Source: Phoronis australis
Taxonomy: Eukaryota > Animalia > Phoronida
Length of the DNA stretch: 64,000 nt
Direction: 5' to 3'
NCBI GenBank assembly: GCA_002633005.1
Contig: NMRA01000843.1
Span: 1 to 64,000, forward strand
A program made the position numbers and the translations under genes. Positions 26,769 through 37,915 of this stretch are shown piece by piece; position 1 is the first letter of the stretch, and the number at the start of each line of letters is the position of its first letter. A model generated the notes under the pieces. It made no database searches and was not told the DNA's origin. It saw only the letters and a program-made list of their open reading frames with translations.

Positions 26769-28687
26769 TACTTACGTACCTTCATCCAGTGTAACCGCCA
26801 CCACCGTAAAATAGAAGCTCTACCACAGCCGAACAGATGAGCGTCCCGGAGACGCAAGTTGCTCGCGAAAACACAAGACCAAGCTAGATATCACCATTAA
26901 AACTGAAAGGCAATTTGGCACAGACGACTAAGGCTAAGGGCCGAATATAATTGCACACAAAAATGACTCGTCAGTTATTAGAAAATCTCATAAACTATTC
27001 CCTGTCTCAGTCAGCATGTAAGTTAGACCACTGTTTCCGTTTTGAACAGGGAATAAATTGACGCGAGTTGTCTAGTGGCACTTGTTATTGATCTAAATGA
27101 CAAGTTGCCTTCTTACACATGTGCAGTAGCCTTGACAATAGAAAGGGTACAACCATATCCTGAGCATGGTTTTGTACATGGTTCGCATGGGCAGAATTAC
27201 CGATATAAGCACAGCTTCGAATATAGGCGCATGGGCCTAAATACGCGCATACATGGTCATAATAATGATAACATTATCTGTGCACGTGCGTACATGTTTC
27301 CACCAAACGCAAGCACTTTAATGGCTGTGAATGTAAGAGACATGTAGAGTAGATCAACCTTTTATTGTTACAAACACTCTAGGACATGCAAATACATGTG
27401 ATGATGATGACATCACGATTCACATACACACAGATGAATTATGTGCTTTGAAAGCGCGGTGTTTACATCTCTATGTAGACAGTCGCTTAAAAGGTTTGTA
27501 ACGTTTGACTTTTTACACGACAATGAAATAAGTGTTTATACTCGAGTGCATAACTAAGGGAATAAAACAATTAAGCATATTATAACCATTTAGCGCGACT
27601 GTGTTGTTTTAATAGCTGAGCCTTCCAATATTTTGTGACACCCTGTATTCATAAAATTGAGTGAACACCAAGAAGTAACAAGGTACGCTAGATGGGGTGC
27701 ACAACAAAGTATTGCTTGTCACATTTTGACAAGTGTTTACACAGCCGATGACTTCACTGTTGGACCATGCAACACAACGGAACAATTACAAGTTGTATAA
27801 ATATAAACAAATATGATGACACGAAATTTACAATGAATCAGGAATGAAGAAAATTAAAGAAACGCGTAGTGTTAAAGCACAACAAGTGGGGTAAATGGGT
27901 TACTGTATAATCACGTGATGTGTAGACAATTATTACATATGTACAACGACATACAATTGATGTCGCAGAATTCCAAATGGTGGCACTGTTGTGAACAAAT
28001 GGTAGATCTAGAGCGGAACTCAGTTAGCAGCGCGAGACGTCAGATGTCTTTTGATGGGCATCCCAACATTACGGACAGTATATTGTCTCCCAGTAACCCA
28101 TCCCGACACACATGGCCAAAGACAAGCCCCTTGTTGTTGAGAGTACGACCCTGCGGTTTGATGGTCGACTTGAAAAGTTCAAAGTTTACTAAAATTTATA
28201 GGAAAATAAAACAGTATAATCACGAACGCCAGTACCGAGAGTGAAATGTCAACTGGGTTCTGCTCCCTACAAGGCAATGCACTGGCAAGACTTGCAAATT
28301 GGCTTATGGAACCCGTTTCACTAAACTGTTGCGTCTTAAGGAGGTAACTTTGTGAAATAACTGATCAGACAAGTTACCAAACAGTGTTCATTTTTGATCT
28401 AGAAACATGAAAAGTTCACTTGACCATGTAACCGACCATGCTGAAAAACGACCACAGCCCACACTGACCACAAACTCACTAGACTGATCACTTCGACAGC
28501 CTTGAAAACTATCACTTTGTACAACTAAATCGACTATCATGCTCAATTATCTAAGTTCATCACCACTTAGAATAACAAATAACCTTATGAGTGTACCCAT
28601 GTAGGTTAGTTGGTGATCTAGTACCAAGCTTACTTGAGGCATCATAGATCACGCTACACGAGCTGGCTTGACCAAGACCATCACAGA

Positions 28688-31600
28688 TCACACTACACGA
28701 GCTGGCTTTTTTCCACGGAAAATATCTGCACACAAGTCAGCGTGATTATTTTCTAAGAACTCGTAGACACACTCCATCCTCACTCCCTGCTCAATAGCAT
28801 CAAGATGAAATTCCCCAGGCGCCACCCTTATGAAATGTCCGCACGAGTGCATGACGGCCACGCACGCCCGTTTTTTGTGGTCAGCTACAAACCCTGGACT
28901 TCCTGAGCTGCCGTTGCCGAATTTTTCGCTGGATTGGTAAAGCGCTCGCCGTTTGTCTGTTATTTTCTTGAACACGTCGTTGTTATATTTCCTGTGTAGC
29001 CCAAGGAGCTGTAAGTATAACAAGGAGCTGTACATGTAAGTATAACAAGGAGCTGTAGATGTAAGTATAACAAGGAGCTGTAGATGTAAGTATAACAAGG
29101 AGCTGTACATGTAAGTATAACAAGGAGCTGTAGATGTAAGTATAACAAGGAGCTGTACATGTAAGTATAACAAGGAGCTGTAGATGTAAGTATAACAAGG
29201 AGCTGTACATGTAAGTATAACAAGGAGCTGTAGATGTAAGTATAACAAGGAGCTGTACATGTAAGTATAACAAGGAGCTGTAGATGTAAGTATAACAAGG
29301 AGCTGTACATGTAAGTATAACAAGGAGCTGTAGATGTAAGTATAACAAGGAGCTGTACATGTAAGTATAACAAGGAGCTGTAGATGTAAGTATAACAAGG
29401 AGCTGTACATGTAAGTATAACAAGGAGCTGTAGATGTAAGTATAACAAGGAGCTGTACATGTAAGTATAACAAGGAGCTGTAGATGTAAGTATAACAAGG
29501 AGCTGTACATGTAAGTATAACAAGGAGCTGTAGATGTAAGTATAACAAGGAGCTGTACATGTAAGTATAACAAGGAGCTGTAGATGTAAGTATAACAAGG
29601 AGCTGTACATGTAAGTACAACAACGTGATTTCGTAAACAACAGGTTAAGAACATGCAAGATGCAAACTGTGACTGACGATTATTGAAATAAAACAATAAT
29701 CGATATACGATTTAATTTTAAGAATATATTGAAGGACATAAAAATGTCAACCTTGTTTCCAAGAAAACTGAAAGAATTTAAGCCAGTCGCCTAAGCATCT
29801 TTTCTCTGAACTCACGAGAGAACACCGATATATTTGAATTCAGTGAAATCTCTTATCTCACTAGCACTCGACTGGCAAATTTCTAGTAATGCTACCGATA
29901 TAACTTATGTAAAAAATCGTCCATCCTAAATTGTACTGTAGAACTAGTTTAATTGGTTGTATTTAAAAATGGACAGGTGTACACCGTAGGTCACACCCTA
30001 CTCATTCTGAGTGACATAATCAATGTTATCGCACCTTTTGTGTATTGTGTGGCGATGTACAAGTACGGTCAATTGTACACTGAGTATCCAAAACTTTCCC
30101 GTCACCAGTTGGATGTCCAACAAAATGAATACATTCCTGCCCATCGATAGTCGCAAAGTCAGTAATAGGCGGTGGAAGCGAGTATTTATTGGTCGTCTCA
30201 CACTCGCTGAAGGCTATTGGAAGTATCGCGTCGAAATCAAGGTCTAGGACGGCCACATCGAGGTCCTCGCAATGAGCCAATATGGCGCGGATAGGCGCTG
30301 CTCCGACACCGTCTGTGCCCAACAAGCGAGGCTTGTCGAAATGGAATACTGCCACGTTCTCCTTGGCTGTAAAGTACATATTTGAAATGATCAACAAACT
30401 GGTGTATCAGCTCATTAATGCATTATAGAATGCACTAAATGACTCCACATGACGTGCTGTAATTATAGATTACCCGAAATACATACATGCAGGAATACTA
30501 CAGTCATACTTTATCTAGAATTCATTTCATCTTTGAATGTTTCTACTCGACTTTTGGTCTCGTTGGGATATTTCCAGATGAAACGAATTCAGGAAAAAAA
30601 ACCCGGGCCTGCAAAGTGACCAAGATAATCCTTGATGTTAAGTATCAGTCCACGGATCCACCGACCACTGTACAGCCAACAAGCGGCAAGGTGGGGGGTC
30701 AGCCATTCAGATCCATGTTTAGTCTGATAAAACACATTAGGGATGAGAGAAAATGGGTGAAGTATGACACCACAAAGTTTGGTGGTTTAGGAGATACAAG
30801 GGAAGTGTTGTGGGGGGCAAAATGAGGCAATTTCTTGGTGTGGAATGAGTCATTTTTGACCAAATTTTCTACTCCAGTTTCTGCTTCAAACAGAATNNNN
30901 NNNNNNNNNNNNNNNNNNNNNNNNNNNNNNNNNNNNNNNNNNNNNNNNNNNNNNNNNNNNNNNNNNNNNNNNNNNNNNNNNNNNNNNNNNNNNNNNNNNN
31001 NNNNNNNNNNNNNNNNNNNNNNNNNNNNNNNNNNNNNNNNNNNNNNNNNNNNNNNNNNNNNNNNNNNNNNNNNNNNNNNNNNNNNNNNNNNNNNNNNNNN
31101 NNNNNNNNNNNNNNNNNNNNNNNNNNNNNNNNNNNNNNNNNNNNNNNNNNNNNNNNNNNNNNNNNNNNNNNNNNNNNNNNNNNNNNNNNNNNNNNNNNNN
31201 NNNNNNNNNNNNNNNNNNNNNNNNNNNNNNNNNNNNNNNNNNNNNNNNNNNNNNNNNNNNNNNNNNNNNNNNNNNNNNNNNNNNNNNNNNNNNNNNNNNN
31301 NNNNNNNNNNNNNNNNNNNNNNNNNNNNNNNNNNNNNNNNNNNNNNNNNNNNNNNNNNNNNNNNNNNNNNNNNNNNNNNNNNNNNNNNNNNNNNNNNNNN
31401 NNNNNNNNNNNNNNNNNNNNNNNNNNNNNNNNNNNNNNNNNNNNNNNNNNNAAAAAAACTGTTCGTCTTCCTCATCTGTAGTTGTTGTACCACATGCCCT
31501 CTGTTGTCTCTTACAGGAACTCTTGTCTGCAGATCGCTGGTAAATGCTGGTGGAACAGTTCAGATATGAGAACTTTAAACTACATCAGTTGAGCAGTGAC

Positions 31601-34600
31601 TCTATCTTTGTAGTTACATTACAAGCTGGTCTGTCGGCACTTAAAACACCGTATCCTTTGTTTAAGTATGTCATGTTTAGCATGGAGGAGTAATTCAACC
31701 CTGCTTAAAGTGGAACTTGCCCACAAATTTCCTTATCTGTGTGATTGCTTTGTCAAATTAGTAAAAATCGCAACATGTAGCAACAATGTGAATATGAAGT
31801 AGGTTGAAAATTGCCAAATGTTTTCACGAACGAGTTTTGTGTCAAAAGTGGTCCGTCATAAATCACTAAACCGTATCCAGTGTTGGGGAAATAACACTGC
31901 CTGATGCAGGTTATGTGAGCCCCCAAGGTTCATCATTAGTTCAATAATTTTTTTATTTTTACATTTACAAATTGTCAACGAATACAACTGCACTTTGTTT
32001 AGCATAGATGACGTTCAAATAGCATTGTCGTTTAGTTCCTGTTAGACATTAGCATAGTTAGAAGCGTGCAAATACATCTTTAAGGTTATATGGGACCTTA
32101 ACGGCTTGTCTTTGTCTTAAGCCAAATATCAACAAAAGTATAAATTTAAACTAATTGAGAGCGTGTATTTTCGAATGTGGAAAGCCTGNTGAAATCTCTT
32201 ATCTCACTAGCACTCGACTGGCAAATTTCTAGTAATGCTACCGATATAACTTATGTAAAAAATCGCCCATCCTAAATTATACTGTAGAACTAGTTTAATT
32301 GGTTGTATTTAAAAATGGACAAGTGTACACCGTAGGTCACACCCTACTCATTCTGAGTGAAATAATCAATGTTATCGCACCTTTTGTGTATTGTGTGGCG
32401 ATGTACAAGTACGGTCAATGGTACACTGAGTATCCAAAACTTTCCCGTCACCAGTTGGATGTCCAACAAAATGAATACATTCCTGCCTATCGATAGTCGC
32501 AAAGTCAGTAACAGGGGGTGGAAGCGAGTATTTATTGGTCGTCTCACACTCGCTGAAGGCTATTGGAAGTAAGGCATCGAAATCAAGGTCTAGGACGGCC
32601 ACATCGAGGTCCTCGCAATGAGCCAATATGGCGCGGATAGGCGCTGCTCCGACACCGTCTGTGCCCAACAATCGAGGCTTGTCAAAATGGAATACTGCCA
32701 CGTTCTCCTTGGCTGTAAAGTACATATTGGAAATGATCAACAAACTGGTACATGCTACCCAGCCAAGTAGACAAGAAGAAAAAGAGTTTGTTTCCTGATG
32801 ATAATTGACAGAAGCTGATATTGTGTAGTGCAACACAGTTTCACTTGCAATGGGCGTGGTTATAATGCCTGACAACGGAAGCTGAACATACAAATTGAAA
32901 CATGTTTTATCGTCTCTTAGTCTCTGACGGCTGTCGATAATAAGGTGTATCAGCTCATTAATGCATTATAGAAGGCACTAAGTGACTGCACTTGACGAGC
33001 TGTAATTATAGATTACCCGAAATACATACATGTAGGAATACTACAGTCATACTTTTTATGATCGACATATGTCCCGAAAAATAGATAAATGATACGTGCG
33101 TCGCAAGCTCGTTACCAGAGATGAAAGGAGATTGATGTAGGAGATATAAGGTCATTTATTATGACTAGTACAATTACAATAAAATGAATACAGGTAAATA
33201 AGTATAACAGGTAATCTCTGGTAAGATGGGCAATAAAAAGCGCCGGCCACGTGGAAGTACGAGAGAATGACGAAAACTGGGAGGAAGAGGGTGGGAAAAT
33301 TGAATGAGTTTTTGACGTACGACAATGTGGCCGGAACAAAGTGAATTGAAAGCGAGGTTACAATAACAAAGTAAAACGCCCCTAAAGACACGTGACAATC
33401 ATCAGCCTATAAGAGCCAAGAGCTGACCAAACTCGAGGCACGTGATAACAACAGACCAATGCGAAGGCTGGAAAAACGTCGTGTAGTCCTGCACGAGGGA
33501 ATAATGGAATAGACCAAGATGAGGGGGAAAAGNNNNNNNNNNNNNNNNNNNNNNNNNNNNNNNNNNNNNNNNNNNNNNNNNNNNNNNNNNNNNNNNNNNN
33601 NNNNNNNNNNNNNNNNNNNNNNNNNNNNNNNNNNNNNNNNNNNNNNNNNNNNNNNNNNNNNNNNNNNNNNNNNNNNNNNNNNNNNNNNNNNNNNNNNNNN
33701 NNNNNNNNNNNNNNNNNNNNNNNNNNNNNNNNNNNNNNNNNNNNNNNNNNNNNNNNNNNNNNNNNNNNNNNNNNNNNNNNNNNNNNNNNNNNNNNNNNNN
33801 NNNNNNNNNNNNNNNNNNNNNNNNNNNNNNNNNNNNNNNNNNNNNNNNNNNNNNNNNNNNNNNNNNNNNNNNNNNNNNNNNNNNNNNNNNNNNNNNNNNN
33901 NNNNNNNNNNNNNNNNNNNNNNNNNNNNNNNNNNNNNNNNNNNNNNNNNNNNNNNNNNNNNNNNNNNNNNNNNNNNNNNNNNNNNNNNNNNNNNNNNNNN
34001 NNNNNNNNNNNNNNNNNNNNNNNNNNNNNNNNNNNNNNNNNNNNNNNNNNNNNNNNNNNNNNNNNNNNNNNNNNNNNNNNNNNNNNNNNNNNNNNNNNNN
34101 NNNNNNNNNNNNNNNNNNNNNNNNNNNNNNNNNNNNNNNNNNNNNNNNNNNNNNNNNNNNNNNNNNNNNNNNNNNNNNNNNNNNNNNNNNNNNNNNNNNN
34201 NNNNNNNNNNNNNNNNAAACCTAACGGTAAAGGGTCGTTACCGGAAAGCGGCGGCAGGCTGTGAGGTAAAGCAGGAGGTAGCGGTCCAAGTCCGGTGGCG
34301 GAGACAGCAGTAGGCTGAGGCGCTGGTGCAGGGGCGGTGGTCGATGAAGAAGAGAGCGATGGCACAGGAGTGGATGGCAGCAGTAGTAACTTTATCTAGA
34401 ATTCATTTCATCTTTGAATGTTTCTACTCGACTTTTGATCTCGTTGGGATATTCCCAGATGAAACGAATTCAGGATAACATATTATAGTAGTATACCTAT
34501 ATACATGTATGTAAGATAACCTATTTAGGCCTAACACACACACACGCACGCACGCACGCACGCACGCACGCACACACGCACGCACACATGTGTGTGTGTG

Positions 34601-37588
34601 TGAACATTTGTTTCGCGGCGATATCTTATTGTTATATGTGCTTTGGCGTGTTGTTACATGAAGTTATATCTATATCAAGCCTACTCACGCGTGCAAAGTG
34701 ACCAAGATAATCCTTGATGTTAAATAACTACTAAAGTTTTATTTCACATTGAATTTGATAAGAATTTTCACTTTGTGAGATATTCAAGTTAAAACGATGT
34801 TCAATCATAATAAAACTTGATACGCATGTGCGTGCAGCAGTGTGTCGCTTTGGCTTTGATGATTATCGTAGATTCCTATGTTTATTTTCCTGTCGCATGT
34901 TTTGGAATGAAAATACAGCTGTAGTAATAGAAATGTTTCCCTGTTGATGACAACACAGGAGAATAACGGTGTTTGAGGCAAAAGGAAAGTATCCCAAAAA
35001 GCAGATTTTACGTTACCAGGAGAGCCTAGGAATGCTGTGAGCACACGATTGTCTTTAAAAAATGCATACTCGATATTAGGCTGCAATTAGCTGTAAATAG
35101 TATTATTTCTAAGTTAATATATCCTGTATCCGTCCATAAGAAAAACGTTTTCGTTTGATTTGAATGTGTTGTAATATCGTGTATCAACCCACTCATGGAA
35201 CATAGGACGCAATAAATGACTCCACTTTAACCTGCAAAAACATTTTGGTCCTTTAAACAAGGGCAGGAATCAACAATTGGTCGGAGTTGGCGGACTTGAA
35301 AACCAGTCGACTGGACTGCAAAAAAATGGCCGGGGTCAAACATGTTGTCAGAACTTCAAAACGCGATAGCCTCACTTAAAAAGAACTACTTGGCTGGACC
35401 CAAAACACGATGGCCGGTGTTATAACCAGTTGGCTAGAGAACACACACAGCGGTGGGACTTCCTCGGAATTTGGATTTGAATGTCTCGAAGGATTCACGT
35501 GTCATCTAATGTTTACTTTTCGTACCCGTTTGTTTTGCTCAAATTTTTTCGGCCATTGCGTTTGACCATCGACCAAACCGCTTTAATTCCGGCCAACCAG
35601 TTCTATTTTTGGGTTCGGCCATCTGGTTTTGGGGTATCCGCCAATCCGTTTTGAGGTCCGACCATCAAGTTAAAACACCAGCCATATTTGGTTTTGCACT
35701 CCAACCAACTGGTTTTGAAGTCCAGGCAAGTGATTTTGAAGTACGGGCAAGTGGTTTTGAAGTACGGGCAAGTGGTTTTGAAGTCCGGACAAGTGGTTTT
35801 GAAGTACGGGCAAGTGGTTTTGAAGTCCGGGCAAGTGGTTTTGAAGTCCGGGCAAGTGGTTTTGAAGTCCGGGCAAGTGGTTTTGAAGTCCGGGTAAGTA
35901 GTTTTGAAGTCCGACAATTGGTTTTGAAGTCCAACCAATTATTGATTCTCCTTCTTGTTAAAGCTTCATTTCACCTGTTTACTTAGATAAAAAAGAAAAT
36001 CGAATTAGACATTGTACTCCCCGAGGTCAGTCTCATTACATAAGTTTCTTTTTGCTACAAAGAAAACACAGAAACCATCAGTGACACAAGAGAAAACGCT
36101 TCAAAGTTTACTACAGTTGAACCATTTGAAAATGGCGCTGCCTTTGACTCTAGTCGTTGTGGGTTACGAGGTTCTTGTGGGTAACGGAAACGGAATCCTA
36201 TCACGGTCAGACCAATCTTGACATAGTAAAACGAGCAGTTCGATTGATGCTTTAGTTATTTTTTTTTAATTTGAATTATATGCGGATTTGATTTGGATAG
36301 AGCTCCTCAACATTTTGAATGTTGCCCTTTACAATGTATCAATTATTTAACTTTGCTTCCACAATTAATTGTCTACACTTGTTAATTTAGATTTGTAATA
36401 GTACAGCTCACTCCACTTTGACCATAAATTGTCAAATATATTCATTTATACCTTTAAATGCATTGGCTTTATTTTGATCAACACAGTTTTGTTATTTTAT
36501 ATTCTATACCAGGGTAGCCATTTTGATGTTTTTGCCGTCTTATAAGTAATATTAGTTGTCACAGTGTTTAATCCAGTTAAGTTGGAAGACCTTCGACCTG
36601 CACCTGCAACATCCAATACACTGACAATATGAACAGATGAGCGTGTTTATGGCGGGCTGAAAAATGAATTAAAACCGTACCTCTACACTGACTGTAAAAA
36701 TAATTCATTTGTATATTGGTGTACAAAATTGGTAGACAGTCTGGCAACCATGTATTTGTGAACTATTAGACAGATGGCGCTACCAACACATAGCGTACAT
36801 CCAGGCTAAGGCGACACAGTCACCGAGTGCCTTGACGCAGACTAGACTGGTCTCTCACTAGTCAGAAAAGTAACAACGTAGTTCATGCTTGAACCCCAAT
36901 AGTTTTAAACTACCAGGCAGCTATACATAAGTTTATTTATAAATAAAATGTTGTTCAAACAATAGCAAATTTGTACTTACGTTCATAACTAAGTCCTTTT
37001 AATACGTGACAGTTTGTCATGACGTAAGTTGGACCAACACGGAACCCAGATCCCACTCCTGTGCCGTCTGCTTTTGCCAATAACACTACGGATTGGAGAG
37101 CGTCAGAAAGAGACTTGTGTAACCGTGCCGACATCACGTTCTTACCAGGAGCAAGGAATTGTGTCGTTGAACCGGTAAATTGTGTAGGAGACTGTATGAG
37201 TGGGAAGTAATCTGGAAAATATAGAGTTGGTTCATGTAGGAACTCTTACGCTGAAACTGGAATAGAAACAGAAATTCGTTTATCAAATTTGACTCCTTCC
37301 TTGAACTTTACAATTACCTGACTGCCTGATAACCAACTTCAATATGTCCAAGTCACCGTCGTTTCTCCTTTTTACTGTGAAGCTGACTTCCGCCTCACTG
37401 TCGGGGATGGTTTTACCTTTTGAGCAGGCATAACGTTCGAGCATTGAACTCAACTGCTTCTCATACGGTGCAGCACTCGCCCCAAGACCTTGCTCCGATG
37501 AATCCGCAGTCGCTCCTACAGGCACGTGGGATGGCATTTCATCAGCCTGTTCAACACTTTGGTCCATCCTTCGACCATTTTGTTCCAT
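28688..37588 (-). CDS. FAM111-like: FAM111-like trypsin-type serine protease, ~384 aa; exons 37588-37318, 37211-36981, 32712-32381 (or 30366-30035), 29008-28688
   Basis: All introns GT-AG with matching phases (1,1,0); catalytic motifs GSGFRV..VMTNCHV (H), DLDVAVL (D), GSSGSP (S); FAM111-typical [21 protein letters not shown]. Confidence 0.9.
29002..29616. repeat. 25-bp minisatellite, ~24 copies, with C/G alternating 50-bp higher-order unit, overlapping the last acceptor of the FAM111-like gene
   Basis: Unit caaggagctgta(c/g)atgtaagtataa; the first unit is shortened to 19 bp. Confidence 0.98.
30035..30366 (-). CDS. Second intact copy of FAM111-like exon 3
   Basis: 332 nt with the same acceptor (tttacag|) and donor (aag|gtgcga) as 32712-32381; three amino-acid differences (L/I, V/I, R/G). 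Confidence 0.85.
31517..31650 (+). pseudogene. MAEA: Isolated MAEA (CTLH/GID E3 ligase subunit) exon with an in-frame stop
   Basis: cttacag|[44 protein letters not shown]|GTATCCTTT; matches the MAEA segment recalled as RW..L..QFRYDN..LHQL...[15 protein letters not shown]; TAA at 31541. Confidence 0.85.
33056..34388. mobile_element. Insertion with 5-bp target-site duplication ACTTT, spanning an N gap
   Basis: Empty site 'cagtcat-acttt-atctag' at ~30501-30518; filled site has acttt at 33051-33055 and 34389-34393; Pro/Ser-rich minus-strand frame at the right end. Confidence 0.65.
34535..34602. repeat. (CA)n/(CGCA)n microsatellite followed by (TG)n
   Basis: Directly visible. Confidence 0.95.
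35705..35935. repeat. 21-bp minisatellite, ~11 copies, inside FAM111-like intron 2
   Basis: Unit gtggttttgaagt(c/a)cgggcaa. Confidence 0.95.
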
Positions 37589-37774
37589 GTGTTGCTGAAG
37601 ATGACATTGTGAAATGAAAGCAATTGGCTATTTTCACACACCAAACGCTTCAAACGACGAGCATGCCCAAGCACTACGAAACACTATGAAACCTCGTCAA
37701 CTTTGATTATCAAAAGGGAACAGTCAAGACCAAATGTCCAGTTGTGCAACTATGTTTGAGTGTTAACAGCGGCC

Positions 37775-37915
37775 TTAGGTAACTTTCACCTCGAAAGTTA
37801 ACACACTGCATTAGTTCTCGCTGGTTACCAGAGTGTCAGCTAGGGTAAAAGAGCCGGAAGGTATCATTTAATATTCCTAGGAAATTTTTTTCACCTGCAT
37901 TTCTGATTGGCTGCT
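37775..37915 (-). promoter_or_regulatory. Candidate promoter of the FAM111-like gene
   Basis: CCAAT box on the minus strand (~37904-37909); inverted AACTTTC..GAAAGTT motif at 37781-37799; 200-300 bp upstream of the ATG. Confidence 0.3.

Noticed and set aside
28960-29696. Three long overlapping minus-strand ORFs of 232-311 aa
   Set aside because: They result from a stop-free 25-bp repeat; only 29008-28688 is supported as an exon
35603-35986. Heptad-repeat ORFs (PDFKTTC)n
   Set aside because: Translation of a 21-bp intronic minisatellite that is open in many frames
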